Shown here one piece after another: positions 24,894 to 32,000 of a stretch of DNA of 32,000 nt. This stretch comes from Geotalea daltonii FRC-32. GTDB lineage: Bacteria; Desulfobacterota; Desulfuromonadia; Geobacterales; Geobacteraceae. Each line of letters starts with the position of its first letter. Position 1 is the first letter of the stretch. Under the pieces are notes generated by a model. That model was not told where the DNA came from. It did no database searches and saw nothing but the letters and a program-made list of their open reading frames with translations. The stretch is from contig NC_011979.1 in assembly GCF_000022265.1 (NCBI RefSeq), positions 3,600,001-3,632,000 of the forward strand, given 5' to 3'. The translations under genes and the position numbers were made by a program.

Positions 24894-25904
24894 CTACTTC
24901 TCCCGGTAGGTTATTCGGTAACTGAAGGTTGCCGGCTCCAGCCAGTCTATCACGTTGCCACCAACCTCTGCATAGGGATAGCCGAAGGTATTGAGCGGCG
25001 CTCCGCTTTGGGCAGGATTAAGGACCAGATCGCGCCCGAAGGCAAGTTTCACCCGATATTGGTCGATCCCTCCCCAAAAGTAGTCATGCAGCTCCCGTGT
25101 CCTGACATCCTCTGGCTTCAGCTTTTCCACCAGCATCGCCTTGCGCACGTCTGCCGGATCCACGGGAACCCAGCCGTAACCGGGCAAATAGAACTCGGCC
25201 CAGCAGTGCTGCCACCCCGTGATATCCTCTTCTGCCTTTTTGCCCAGCCTGATACCGAAGATCTCGCGGGCCGGAACCCCGGCCGCTCTGGCAAGGGCGA
25301 CAAAGACCGAAGATATATCAGTGCATTTACCGCCGGGCTTCTTGAGCAGGGCACAGACATCCCCCTTGCCGCAGCCGCGTGTATCTGGATCGCGCCAGGT
25401 GTTTTCGCAGGTCCAGTCATAGATGGCCTTCGCCTTCTCCAGTACGGTTGTTTTCCCTTTGGTGATCATTTCAGCAATTTTCTTCACTTCCCCATCGACC
25501 GGTCCGAGGCTGGTAGCAGCAAGATATTGTCGATAGTCGTCAGGGCTCCACGACGACTCCTTTGCAGGAAAACTGCGGCGCACCGCTTCCTCCCTTTCCA
25601 CGGTGAAGGAATAGACCAGCTTACGGCCGGCAGTATTTTTGTCCCATTGGGCATAAAGGATCGGGGTACCGTTGACCCGTTCTGTATACACGGCAGAGGA
25701 GGCATAGTCGCCGGAGATCTTCACATGGGAAATCTGCTGCTCCGCATCGGAAACGGCATAGGGGAGCCAGAGTCTTGCCTCCTTGCCCGGCTCCTGCGCG
25801 GAAAGATCCACCTCCACCGTGACGACACCGCCACGGCTCTTTGCCAAGCAAGGAGCGGCACTAAGAAGACAGGAAACAACCAACAGCATCAACAACTTAT
25901 TCAT
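24894..25904 (-). CDS. Secreted/lipoprotein transglutaminase-like cysteine protease-fold protein
   Basis: It has a signal peptide with a lipobox-like VVSCLLSAAPCLA. The transglutaminase core motifs are GKCTDISSVFVALARAAGVPAR, QHCWAEFYLPGYGWVPVDPAD (Cys-His-Asp). Confidence 0.8.
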   Translation of the reverse strand: MNKLLMLLVVSCLLSAAPCLAKSRGGVVTVEVDLSAQEPGKEARLWLPYAVSDAEQQISHVKISGDYASSAVYTERVNGTPILYAQWDKNTAGRKLVYSFTVEREEAVRRSFPAKESSWSPDDYRQYLAATSLGPVDGEVKKIAEMITKGKTTVLEKAKAIYDWTCENTWRDPDTRGCGKGDVCALLKKPGGKCTDISSVFVALARAAGVPAREIFGIRLGKKAEEDITGWQHCWAEFYLPGYGWVPVDPADVRKAMLVEKLKPEDVRTRELHDYFWGGIDQYRVKLAFGRDLVLNPAQSGAPLNTFGYPYAEVGGNVIDWLEPATFSYRITYREK

Positions 25905-25938
25905 TTATTACTCCTTCCGGTTTTTTATCGTTTTCTAA

Positions 25939-26078
25939 CAGGTTGTTGAAAAACGTCATGAGGAGGTCGCAATGCAAGGCTCAAGCGAGCGAGGAGACGA
26001 GGTGTACCCTCTGTACGTCGAGTTTCCGAGCGAGCGGCAACGCAGCAGAGCGATCCCGCAATAGTTTTCAACAACCTG
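25939..26078 (+). repeat. Family-B structured element, copy B1 (about 140 nt, terminal inverted repeats)
   Basis: CAGGTTGTTGAAAAAC...GTTTTCAACAACCTG. It aligns with 27192-27332 and the differences are compensatory (see findings). Confidence 0.75.
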
Positions 26079-26259
26079 CTAAACTGCTCGGCACTAAACA
26101 TCAGTCCTTACCTTCTCCCCCTGGACCGGACGGTAGTGCTAATCGGGTTTCTAACTGGAATCGCTACTCTTCTCATAAATGATTGACTCCCCACTGTCAA
26201 ATTGATAATTTTGATAAAACTTATAATTACCATCGTTTTTCCCAATAGGAGAAATATTC

Positions 26260-27165
26260 ATGAACCTGAAACAGCTAGAGGTTTTTTTGGCAGTGGCCGA
26301 AACGGGCAGTTTTTCCCAAGGGGCAGAGGCGACCTTCATTACCCAGTCGACGGTAAGCCTGCACATATCCTCATTGGAAAAAGAATTCGGCGTCAAGCTA
26401 CTGGACCGGACCGGCAAGGGTGCACTGCTCACTGAGGGGGGGAAGGTGTTCCGGCAGCACGCCCGGCAGGTTGTTGTCGCGGCACAGGAGGTCGCACTGG
26501 CCATGAGCCGCTTCCGGGGAGTCGAATACACAACCCTGTGCATCGGTGGCAGCAACATTCCAGGCGACTATATCATTCCTGAAATACTGTCTTTATTGCT
26601 GGCCCGTTTTCCTTCGCTCACCGTAAACATGATTCAGGGTGACAGCCGGGAGATTCTTGCCAAGATCCAGAATGAAGAAATTGAAACCGGAATCATCGGC
26701 AGTTGGTTCGACAATGATGACTTTATCCTCACACCGGTGGGTAATGACGTAATCAGGCTTGTGGTGGGGGAAAAACATCGATGGCACGGCAGGAAAGCAA
26801 TAGGCCTGGAGGAGCTGCAGGAGGAGGCTTTCATCCTCCGTGAGTCCGGTTCCGGGACGGGCAAAACAGTAGCTGAAGCCTTGGTGTCTGCAGGAATGAA
26901 TATAGCCGCCATACAGGTAAAGGCGCGGCTGGGAAGTAACGAGGCCATAAAGCAGGCGGTGATGAACGGATTGGGGATTTCTTTTATTTCACAGATCTCA
27001 ATAAATAAAGAACTGTCAAGAAAAGAACTAGCAGCAATGGACGTAAGCGGGGTGAATCTTTCGCGACATTTTTATTTGGTACAAAGGAAGGGGCGGGAAC
27101 TATCGCCCGCAGCCAATGCCTTTGTTGAAATTGCCCGGAAGATGCACTCAACGGAGAAGGCATAG
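26260..27165 (+). CDS. LysR-family transcriptional regulator
   Basis: The N-terminal wHTH reads MNLKQLEVFLAVAETGSFSQGAEATFITQSTVSLHISSLEKEFGVKLLDR. The C-terminal part is a LysR substrate-binding domain. The RBS AGGAGA lies upstream. Confidence 0.9.
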   Translation: MNLKQLEVFLAVAETGSFSQGAEATFITQSTVSLHISSLEKEFGVKLLDRTGKGALLTEGGKVFRQHARQVVVAAQEVALAMSRFRGVEYTTLCIGGSNIPGDYIIPEILSLLLARFPSLTVNMIQGDSREILAKIQNEEIETGIIGSWFDNDDFILTPVGNDVIRLVVGEKHRWHGRKAIGLEELQEEAFILRESGSGTGKTVAEALVSAGMNIAAIQVKARLGSNEAIKQAVMNGLGISFISQISINKELSRKELAAMDVSGVNLSRHFYLVQRKGRELSPAANAFVEIARKMHSTEKA

Positions 27166-27191
27166 GTTCTTGGTCTATTTCTAGGTTTTAG

Positions 27192-27332
27192 CAGGTTGTT
27201 GAAAAACGTCGAGAGTAGGCCGAAATGCAAGGCTTAAGCGAGCGAAAAGCCGAAGCGTACCCACTGTACGTTGAGGTTTTGAGCGAGCGATAACGCAGCA
27301 GATCGGCCACGCAACAGTTTTTCAACAACCTG
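27192..27332 (+). repeat. Family-B structured element, copy B2
   Basis: It has a perfect 16-bp terminal inverted repeat, CAGGTTGTTGAAAAAC / GTTTTTCAACAACCTG. It is in the same orientation as B1 and lies 27 nt after the LysR stop. Confidence 0.75.
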
Positions 27333-27336
27333 CCAG

Positions 27337-27453
27337 GAGTCTGTCTGACATGGGGGATCGCAGCGAGAGGATAGCAGGTCGAGGACAGATTTACGGAAAT
27401 ATGGACTGATCTGCTATTCTCGCGGCAGATTCATTCCTAAGTACGACAGAGTC
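27337..27453. repeat. Single-copy (in this window) long hairpin element D
   Basis: Outer arms are GAGTCTGTC / GACAGAGTC. The inner stem is GCGAGA(GG)ATAGCAGGTC / GATCTGCTATTCTCGC, 16 bp with a 2-nt bulge and a 27-nt loop. Confidence 0.5.
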
Positions 27454-27611
27454 ACGTGCGGCTAATTCTTTCCTGATAATTTCGGGTCTTTTGGCCCCCG
27501 GCTGTGTTGCGGCTCCTCGACTTAGGCCCTGCTAGGCCTGCGTCGCCGCGCCTTGCCGGGAACCAAAATCCCTCGAAATTCTTGCAGAGAACTAACCGCA
27601 CGGGACACTAG
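27451..27611. repeat. Family-A hairpin element, copy A2
   Basis: It aligns with 24306-24465 in the same orientation. It ends in ...CGGGACACTAG, whose CTA (27608-27610) is the stop codon of the minus-strand BI-1 gene. Confidence 0.75.
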
Positions 27612-28303
27612 CGGCGGTTACCGAGCAGACGTAGCAGCATGAGAAACAAGTTGATGAAATCCAGATAAAGGGTAAGGGCACCGAGGATGGCCGGTTTCCG
27701 ACCCTCTGCACCGCTCGCGGCCATGGCCTTGATCTTCCAGGTGTCATAGGCGGTAAGACCGGTAAAAACTATCACCCCCAGGGCAGAAATGATCCACGAG
27801 GCGGCGCTGCTTTTGGTGAAGATATTGACGATCGAGGCGATGACAATACCGATCAGCCCCATGAAGAGAAAGCTGCCCATGCCTGTCAGGTCACGCTTTG
27901 TCACATAACCATAAATGCTCATGGCACCGAAGGTGGCGGCGGTGATGACAAAGGTGGAGCCGATGGATTCGGCGGTGTAGACGGCGAAGATGGCGGACAT
28001 GGTGACGCCATTCAGGGCGGCATAGAGAATGAACAATGACGAGGCTGCAGTGGCGCTGAGCCTGTTGATGGCGCCGGAAATGGCGAATACCAGCCCCAGT
28101 TCGCCCAGGATAAGTGCGTAGAACACCAACCTGTTGCCGAAGATGGCATTGAGCATAACCGGTGAAGAAATGGTGACCATGGCCAGAATTGCAGTAACCA
28201 GAAGTCCGCCACCCATCCAGGCGTAGACCTGTCTGATAAGGGTGTTCTGGGCGATGGCAACCTGATCGGCGGTGCGTGGGTAATTCACATTGAAGTCGTC
28301 CAT
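27608..28303 (-). CDS. Bax inhibitor-1 / YccA family inner-membrane protein
   Basis: The 231-aa protein has 7 TM segments. LIRQVYAWMGGGLLVTA is near the N-terminus. The charged C-terminus with ..LYLDFINLFL.LLRLLG is typical of the BI-1 family. Confidence 0.85.
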   Translation of the reverse strand: MDDFNVNYPRTADQVAIAQNTLIRQVYAWMGGGLLVTAILAMVTISSPVMLNAIFGNRLVFYALILGELGLVFAISGAINRLSATAASSLFILYAALNGVTMSAIFAVYTAESIGSTFVITAATFGAMSIYGYVTKRDLTGMGSFLFMGLIGIVIASIVNIFTKSSAASWIISALGVIVFTGLTAYDTWKIKAMAASGAEGRKPAILGALTLYLDFINLFLMLLRLLGNRR

Positions 28304-28374
28304 TTTGTGCTCCTTCCTTTTTTAGGTTTGCTGATAAAGTTGATTAATATGTGTCCGTTTGTCAAGCGTGCACT

Positions 28375-28929
28375 CTATGCTTCGCTCAATGGGAGACCGG
28401 CCAGCAGTTCCAGTGGAGCTTCCAGAGTCTTGCCGGAAGTAGTTACATAGATAGTGCCACTGGTGATGGTAACTTCCCAGGCGATTGACCGCTCCAGGCC
28501 GTCAGCCAGTCCCCTTACAAAATTGAAATCAATGCCGACGACCGAAAGGTTCGGCATGGCGCCAAGCCGGGCCAGGTGCTGGTCCTCCCAGCGGCTCCGG
28601 TTCTGGGCGCTCGCCACAAGCACTACCCTGCCCGCATGACGGGCCGCCTTGAGCAAGCGTTCCGGCTCCGGTGTTCCCACTTCGATCCAGAGCGTAACCC
28701 GGCCATCGCCCCCCTTGACCCACAGATCGGGCTCGGCTCCGGCGCCGACCCCTTTGGTAAAGGCCAGTTCGGGCACGTAGCAGATGGCATAGGCCAAAAG
28801 ACGCAACACCAGGCGCTCTGCAGTCTCCGATGGGTGACGGGCAATGGTTGCCTGCAGCGTTTCATAGCTGCTACGATCAACATCGGCCAGTTGGATGTTT
28901 GCACGGTAGATGGTGGAAGGTAAGGCCAT
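28375..28929 (-). CDS. yaeQ: YaeQ family protein (PD-(D/E)XK-like fold)
   Basis: MALPSTIYRANIQLADVDRSSYETLQATIARHPSETAERLVLRLLAYA and PDLW...G....WIEVG.P are YaeQ signatures. Confidence 0.85.
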   Translation of the reverse strand: MALPSTIYRANIQLADVDRSSYETLQATIARHPSETAERLVLRLLAYAICYVPELAFTKGVGAGAEPDLWVKGGDGRVTLWIEVGTPEPERLLKAARHAGRVVLVASAQNRSRWEDQHLARLGAMPNLSVVGIDFNFVRGLADGLERSIAWEVTITSGTIYVTTSGKTLEAPLELLAGLPLSEA

Positions 28930-28978
28930 TATCCGATCGGCTCCTTGTGTTGCTCCGGGTTAAATGCAGTTTCAGGTG

Positions 28979-29482
28979 CTACTGCCCAACCGCCGCCCCG
29001 CGCATGGCACCCGGCGGCCTGATGAAAGAGAGAAAACGCTCCTGCAGCTGCTCGGCCTGCTCAATCCGCCCCGTGCTCCGCAGTATCTCGATGACGCATT
29101 CGGCCGTACACAGGCAGGCCTCTTTCTGGTTTTTTCGCAGGTTGTAGCGGGACATGCCGGCCGGCTTGAGGCTGACCCGGTGGGCCTTTCGCAGATAGGG
29201 GCTGCGCTGGTGAATCTTGCGGGCCTCGTGCCAGGTGCCGTCGATGAGGATAAAGTGGGTGATGTGCGACAGATTGCCGTTGATTTCTTCGCTTTCGTCA
29301 GCAGGTCCAGGATAGACAAGCGCCACCCCGCCGGACTCGATCTCTTCCACCAGCCCGGCAGGGGGATTCATGCGGTCCCAGCGCACCTGCTCGGCCGCAT
29401 CCCCCATGATTTCCAGCACCAGACGGCCGGTATTGGAGCGCTTATCGAATTCCTTGAAATGGGTCAACAGGGTGATTTTCAT
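28979..29482 (-). CDS. DTW-domain protein (tRNA acp3U-type aminocarboxypropyltransferase family)
   Basis: ILIDGTWHEARKI carries the DTW motif. I chose the start at ATG 29482 (MKITLL...), because the ORF-track start at 29518 is a TTG. Confidence 0.7.
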   Translation of the reverse strand: MKITLLTHFKEFDKRSNTGRLVLEIMGDAAEQVRWDRMNPPAGLVEEIESGGVALVYPGPADESEEINGNLSHITHFILIDGTWHEARKIHQRSPYLRKAHRVSLKPAGMSRYNLRKNQKEACLCTAECVIEILRSTGRIEQAEQLQERFLSFIRPPGAMRGAAVGQ

Positions 29483-29526
29483 TGGTGGGAAAATATCACG
29501 TAATGGGGAATTCAACAAGAGCTACG

Positions 29527-30858
29527 TCACTGGGCGCGCCGCGAGCGATGTACCCGTTGCCGTGAAGCACCAGGGCGAGCTTCCTTACCCGGATGGCCCG
29601 CTGCCACCTGTTTTGCAGGCTGGCCGCCTTTGGCAGGAGCCGCGCTTTTATTTGCGGCTGGCTTTGCCTTGGGCTGTTTGCGGACTTGGGGCGTTCTGGG
29701 GGGGCGTGCGAATTCAGCGTCGCGGTGCGGTGCCGGGACATTGTAATCGAAGCCCTCGACCGTGCGCCGTTCCAAAGGGGCGCCAAGGGCCTTCTCGATG
29801 GTGCGCACCATTGCCGTATCCTCGGCAGTTACCAGGGTAAAGGCGTCGCCGCTTCTTGATGCACGACCGGTACGGCCGATACGATGGATGTAGGTCTCCG
29901 CCTTATCGGTAATGTCGTAATTCACCACGTGGGATATCTGTGTCACGTCGATGCCCCGGGCTGCGATATCGGTTGCTACCAGGATCTGGAACGAGCCGTC
30001 ACGAAAGCCATCCAATGCGGCCTGACGCCTGTTCTGGGAAAGATTTCCCTGGAGGGAAGCGGCCCGGTAACCGGCTTTTTCCAGCTGCTCGCCGACACGC
30101 TTGGCGCGGTGTTTTGTTTTGGTGAAGACCAGCACCGACTGCTTGTCGGTGTGGCGCAGCAGTTCCAGGAGCAGAGGGGTCTTGAGGTGTTGGGAAACCG
30201 GATAGATTGCATGATTCACCGTAACCGGCGGAGCGGTGGATCCCACCTGCACCGTAACCGGGTTGTGCAAAATTTCTCCGGCCAGGCGTTTGATATCCGG
30301 AGGCATGGTTGCCGAAAAGAGCAACGTCTGGCGCTTTTTCGGCAATTGTCCTAGGATGCGGCGGATGTCGGGAAGAAATCCCATGTCGAACATCTGGTCG
30401 GCCTCATCCAGGACCAGCACTTCCAGATGGGATAGATCGATGGTCCTTTGGCCCATGTGGTCCAGGAGGCGTCCCGGACAGGCAACGACGATTTCCACGC
30501 CATTTCTCAGCTTCTGTATCTGCGGATTGATGTTAACGCCGCCATAGACGGTGGCGCTCTTAAGGCGGGTCTGCTGTCCGAGCACCGTAATGGCCTCGTG
30601 AATCTGCTCGGCCAGCTCCCTGGTCGGTGCGATAATCAGGGCGCGCACCCTGCCCCTCGGTCCCTCCATCAGCCTTTGCAGGATTGGCAGAACGAACGCG
30701 GCTGTTTTTCCGGTGCCGGTCTGGGCCAGGCCCATGACATCCTTTCCATCCATAACAGGAGGAATTGCCTGGGTCTGAATCGGTGTCGGCGTCACATAGC
30801 CTGCTTCCTTCACTGCGGCCGAGATAAGTGGGTGAAAATTAAATAACTGAAAATTCAT
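29527..30858 (-). CDS. rhlE: DEAD-box ATP-dependent RNA helicase (RhlE-like) with basic C-terminal tail
   Basis: Q-motif region (F....L...V.EAGY..PTPIQ), AQTGTGKTAAF, PTRELA, DEAD, SAT, ARGID and HRIGRTGR. Confidence 0.9.
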   Translation of the reverse strand: MNFQLFNFHPLISAAVKEAGYVTPTPIQTQAIPPVMDGKDVMGLAQTGTGKTAAFVLPILQRLMEGPRGRVRALIIAPTRELAEQIHEAITVLGQQTRLKSATVYGGVNINPQIQKLRNGVEIVVACPGRLLDHMGQRTIDLSHLEVLVLDEADQMFDMGFLPDIRRILGQLPKKRQTLLFSATMPPDIKRLAGEILHNPVTVQVGSTAPPVTVNHAIYPVSQHLKTPLLLELLRHTDKQSVLVFTKTKHRAKRVGEQLEKAGYRAASLQGNLSQNRRQAALDGFRDGSFQILVATDIAARGIDVTQISHVVNYDITDKAETYIHRIGRTGRASRSGDAFTLVTAEDTAMVRTIEKALGAPLERRTVEGFDYNVPAPHRDAEFARPPRTPQVRKQPKAKPAANKSAAPAKGGQPAKQVAAGHPGKEARPGASRQRVHRSRRAQ

Positions 30859-30872
30859 AAGATCCTTTTTTC

Positions 30873-30908
30873 AAAAAAAAAGCCGCGGATTTCTCCGAGG
30901 CTTTTTTT
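30873..30908. terminator. Hairpin with flanking A8/T7 runs between cspA and rhlE (terminator for cspA; possibly leaky)
   Basis: A8-AGCCGCGGA-tttc-TCCGAGGCT-T7. Confidence 0.55.
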
Positions 30909-30931
30909 GCGTTGACGAAGTACTACTTGCT

Positions 30932-31132
30932 TCAAATTCTGGTTACATTCGCGGCCTGAAGCCCTTTCGGACCCTTGGTGACCTCAAACTGAACCCTATC
31001 CCCCTCAGCAAGGGATTTGAATCCTTCGCCGCTGATGGCGGAAAAGTGGCAAAATACATCTTCGCCGTTTTCCTGCTCGAGAAATCCAAAACCTTTGCTG
31101 TCATTAAACCATTTTACTGTTCCGTTTACCAT
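30932..31132 (-). CDS. cspA: Cold-shock protein, CspA family
   Basis: [15 protein letters not shown] (RNP1) and DVFCHFSAI (RNP2). The protein is 66 aa. Confidence 0.95.
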   Translation of the reverse strand: MVNGTVKWFNDSKGFGFLEQENGEDVFCHFSAISGEGFKSLAEGDRVQFEVTKGPKGLQAANVTRI

Positions 31133-31194
31133 TCGTTACTTTTCTCCGATTTCTTTACTGCTTGATATTATCCGGCATATTCCGGACCGAAGTC

Positions 31195-31260
31195 ACCATA
31201 ACAGCATTGTTTGTACGGAGTCAAGCTAATAAAAATAAATATTAAAATATTTTTCCAGAG
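31195..31260 (-). promoter_or_regulatory. Candidate cspA promoter with AT-rich UP-like element and long 5' leader
   Basis: The minus strand has the AT-rich run AAAAATATTTTAATATTTATTTTTATTAGC, then TTGACT - 18 nt - TATGGT. This leaves a leader of roughly 55 nt containing the TCCGG-aatatg-CCGGA hairpin. Confidence 0.35.
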
Positions 31261-31293
31261 GCGGCCTGGGTCTGCAACCGCAGTCGATGGGTT

Positions 31294-31584
31294 TTATTCT
31301 ACGCCGGTCATGAGATTCACGGCTTTATCCGCCATCAGGGTTTCGGTAGCCTTCACATAAGCGGTGAAATGAGGCGATGCCATGTGCCGGTCCAGGGCAT
31401 CCTTGTTCTGCCAGTTTTCGTAGAAAATAAAGATGGCCGGGTCATGGTTATCCTGGTGCAGCCGGTACTCGATGCATCCTTCCTCTTTCCGGGTGGGTGG
31501 GATCAGTTTGAACAGCTCCGCCTTCAATGCCTCGATGGATTCCTTTTTTGCCACTACCTTTGCCACGACGGTCAAGTGTGCCAT
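31294..31584 (-). CDS. Antibiotic-biosynthesis-monooxygenase (ABM) domain protein
   Basis: MAHLTVVAKVVAKKE....L..EL..L....R.EEGCI.Y.LHQD......F.F.E.W....AL..H..S.HF is the ABM/YgiN-like pattern. The ATG at 31584 follows AAAGGAGAAGG. The longer ORF-track start is unsupported. Confidence 0.8.
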   Translation of the reverse strand: MAHLTVVAKVVAKKESIEALKAELFKLIPPTRKEEGCIEYRLHQDNHDPAIFIFYENWQNKDALDRHMASPHFTAYVKATETLMADKAVNLMTGVE

Positions 31585-31651
31585 GATACCTTCTCCTTTA
31601 CTATGTTTACAGGTTACGGCGCAGCATAACAAAACAATGCTGCCAGGGCAA

Positions 31652-32000
31652 TCATGGATATTTTTTCCCTTCCAGCATCCTGAGCATCTCCACACGCTTT
31701 TGCAAAATGAAGTCGGCACGCTTTTCTGCCGGAATGGCACAAAGCCGCTCTATCTCGATCCCCAGTTCCGCCGTAGTCATGGCGGCAACTTTCACCGCTG
31801 TTTCCCAGCCGAGGGGTATGGTGTTCTCCGGCTTGTCGGCCCCGGCGATCACCGGCAAGATCGAGGCAATACCCGCCTTGGCGGCCTGTTCCGCACTCCT
31901 GATCCTGGTAGAAGAGCGCAGCTCAGCCCATTTGTTCAGATGCATATGGAGCCGGCTTGTCCAGGAAAGAGCCTTCATGTAACTGGCAGGCAGACACAGA
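31652..32000 (-). CDS. Hypothetical protein; the frame stays open to the right window edge, so the 5' end may lie outside
   Basis: The ORF-track ATG is at 31978, but there is no in-frame stop between 31979 and 32000. I recognise no family motif. Confidence 0.4.
   Translation of the reverse strand, partial: LCLPASYMKALSWTSRLHMHLNKWAELRSSTRIRSAEQAAKAGIASILPVIAGADKPENTIPLGWETAVKVAAMTTAELGIEIERLCAIPAEKRADFILQKRVEMLRMLEGKKYP

Noticed and set aside
25008-25949. 313-aa + strand ORF
   Set aside because: It is antisense to the transglutaminase-like gene, which has the Cys-His-Asp core and a signal peptide.
25943-26182. 79-aa + strand ORF
   Set aside because: It starts inside repeat element B1 and is translated mostly from repeat sequence. 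Copy B2 has no equivalent ORF.
1-32000. Search for autonomous mobile elements, prophage, CRISPR-Cas, tRNA or rRNA genes
   Set aside because: No transposase, integrase, recombinase, Cas or phage structural motif appears in any long ORF. I saw no tRNA-like T-arm (GGTTCGAATCC-type) sequences and no spacer-separated direct-repeat arrays. The repeat families reported here are therefore non-autonomous.

Overview
This is a chromosomal, mostly housekeeping segment. Gene content, mid-50s %GC and a Geobacter-style GEMM-I riboswitch suggest a Geobacter/Desulfuromonadales-like deltaproteobacterium, but that assignment is inference only.

Coding content, left to right:
- secreted MBL-fold hydrolase
- five-gene split ('archaeal-type') glutamate-synthase-like operon on the minus strand, with a candidate sigma-54 promoter
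- yhbY
- riboswitch-controlled secreted protein
- dGTPase
- rsmD-coaD-DUF1858-lepA-lepB
- pyrimidine-dimer glycosylase and rluB
- HEPN/MNT toxin-antitoxin pair inserted after the accA terminator
- accA-dnaE
- wrbA
- TatD::radical-SAM fusion
- desulfoferrodoxin
- MFS transporter
- transglutaminase-like lipoprotein, divergent from a LysR regulator
- BI-1/YccA, YaeQ, DTW protein, DEAD-box helicase and CspA
- ABM monooxygenase

I saw no rRNA, tRNA, CRISPR array, transposase or integrase.

The most interesting signals are non-coding:
1. A GEMM-I cyclic-dinucleotide riboswitch with an overlapping terminator at about 7861-7978 (-).
2. Two families of 140-160 nt hairpin elements. Their two copies differ by compensatory base-pair changes. 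Family B brackets the LysR gene. Family A supplies the CGC-TAG stop of two unrelated genes.
3. Further palindromic elements at 9268-9460 and 27337-27453.
4. A cluster of five DnaA-box-like 9-mers, one a perfect TTATCCACA, in a promoter-less spacer between convergent genes (24616-24700).

I did not find a clearly novel multi-gene protein system. The TatD::rSAM fusion and the HEPN/MNT insertion are the most notable protein-level items.
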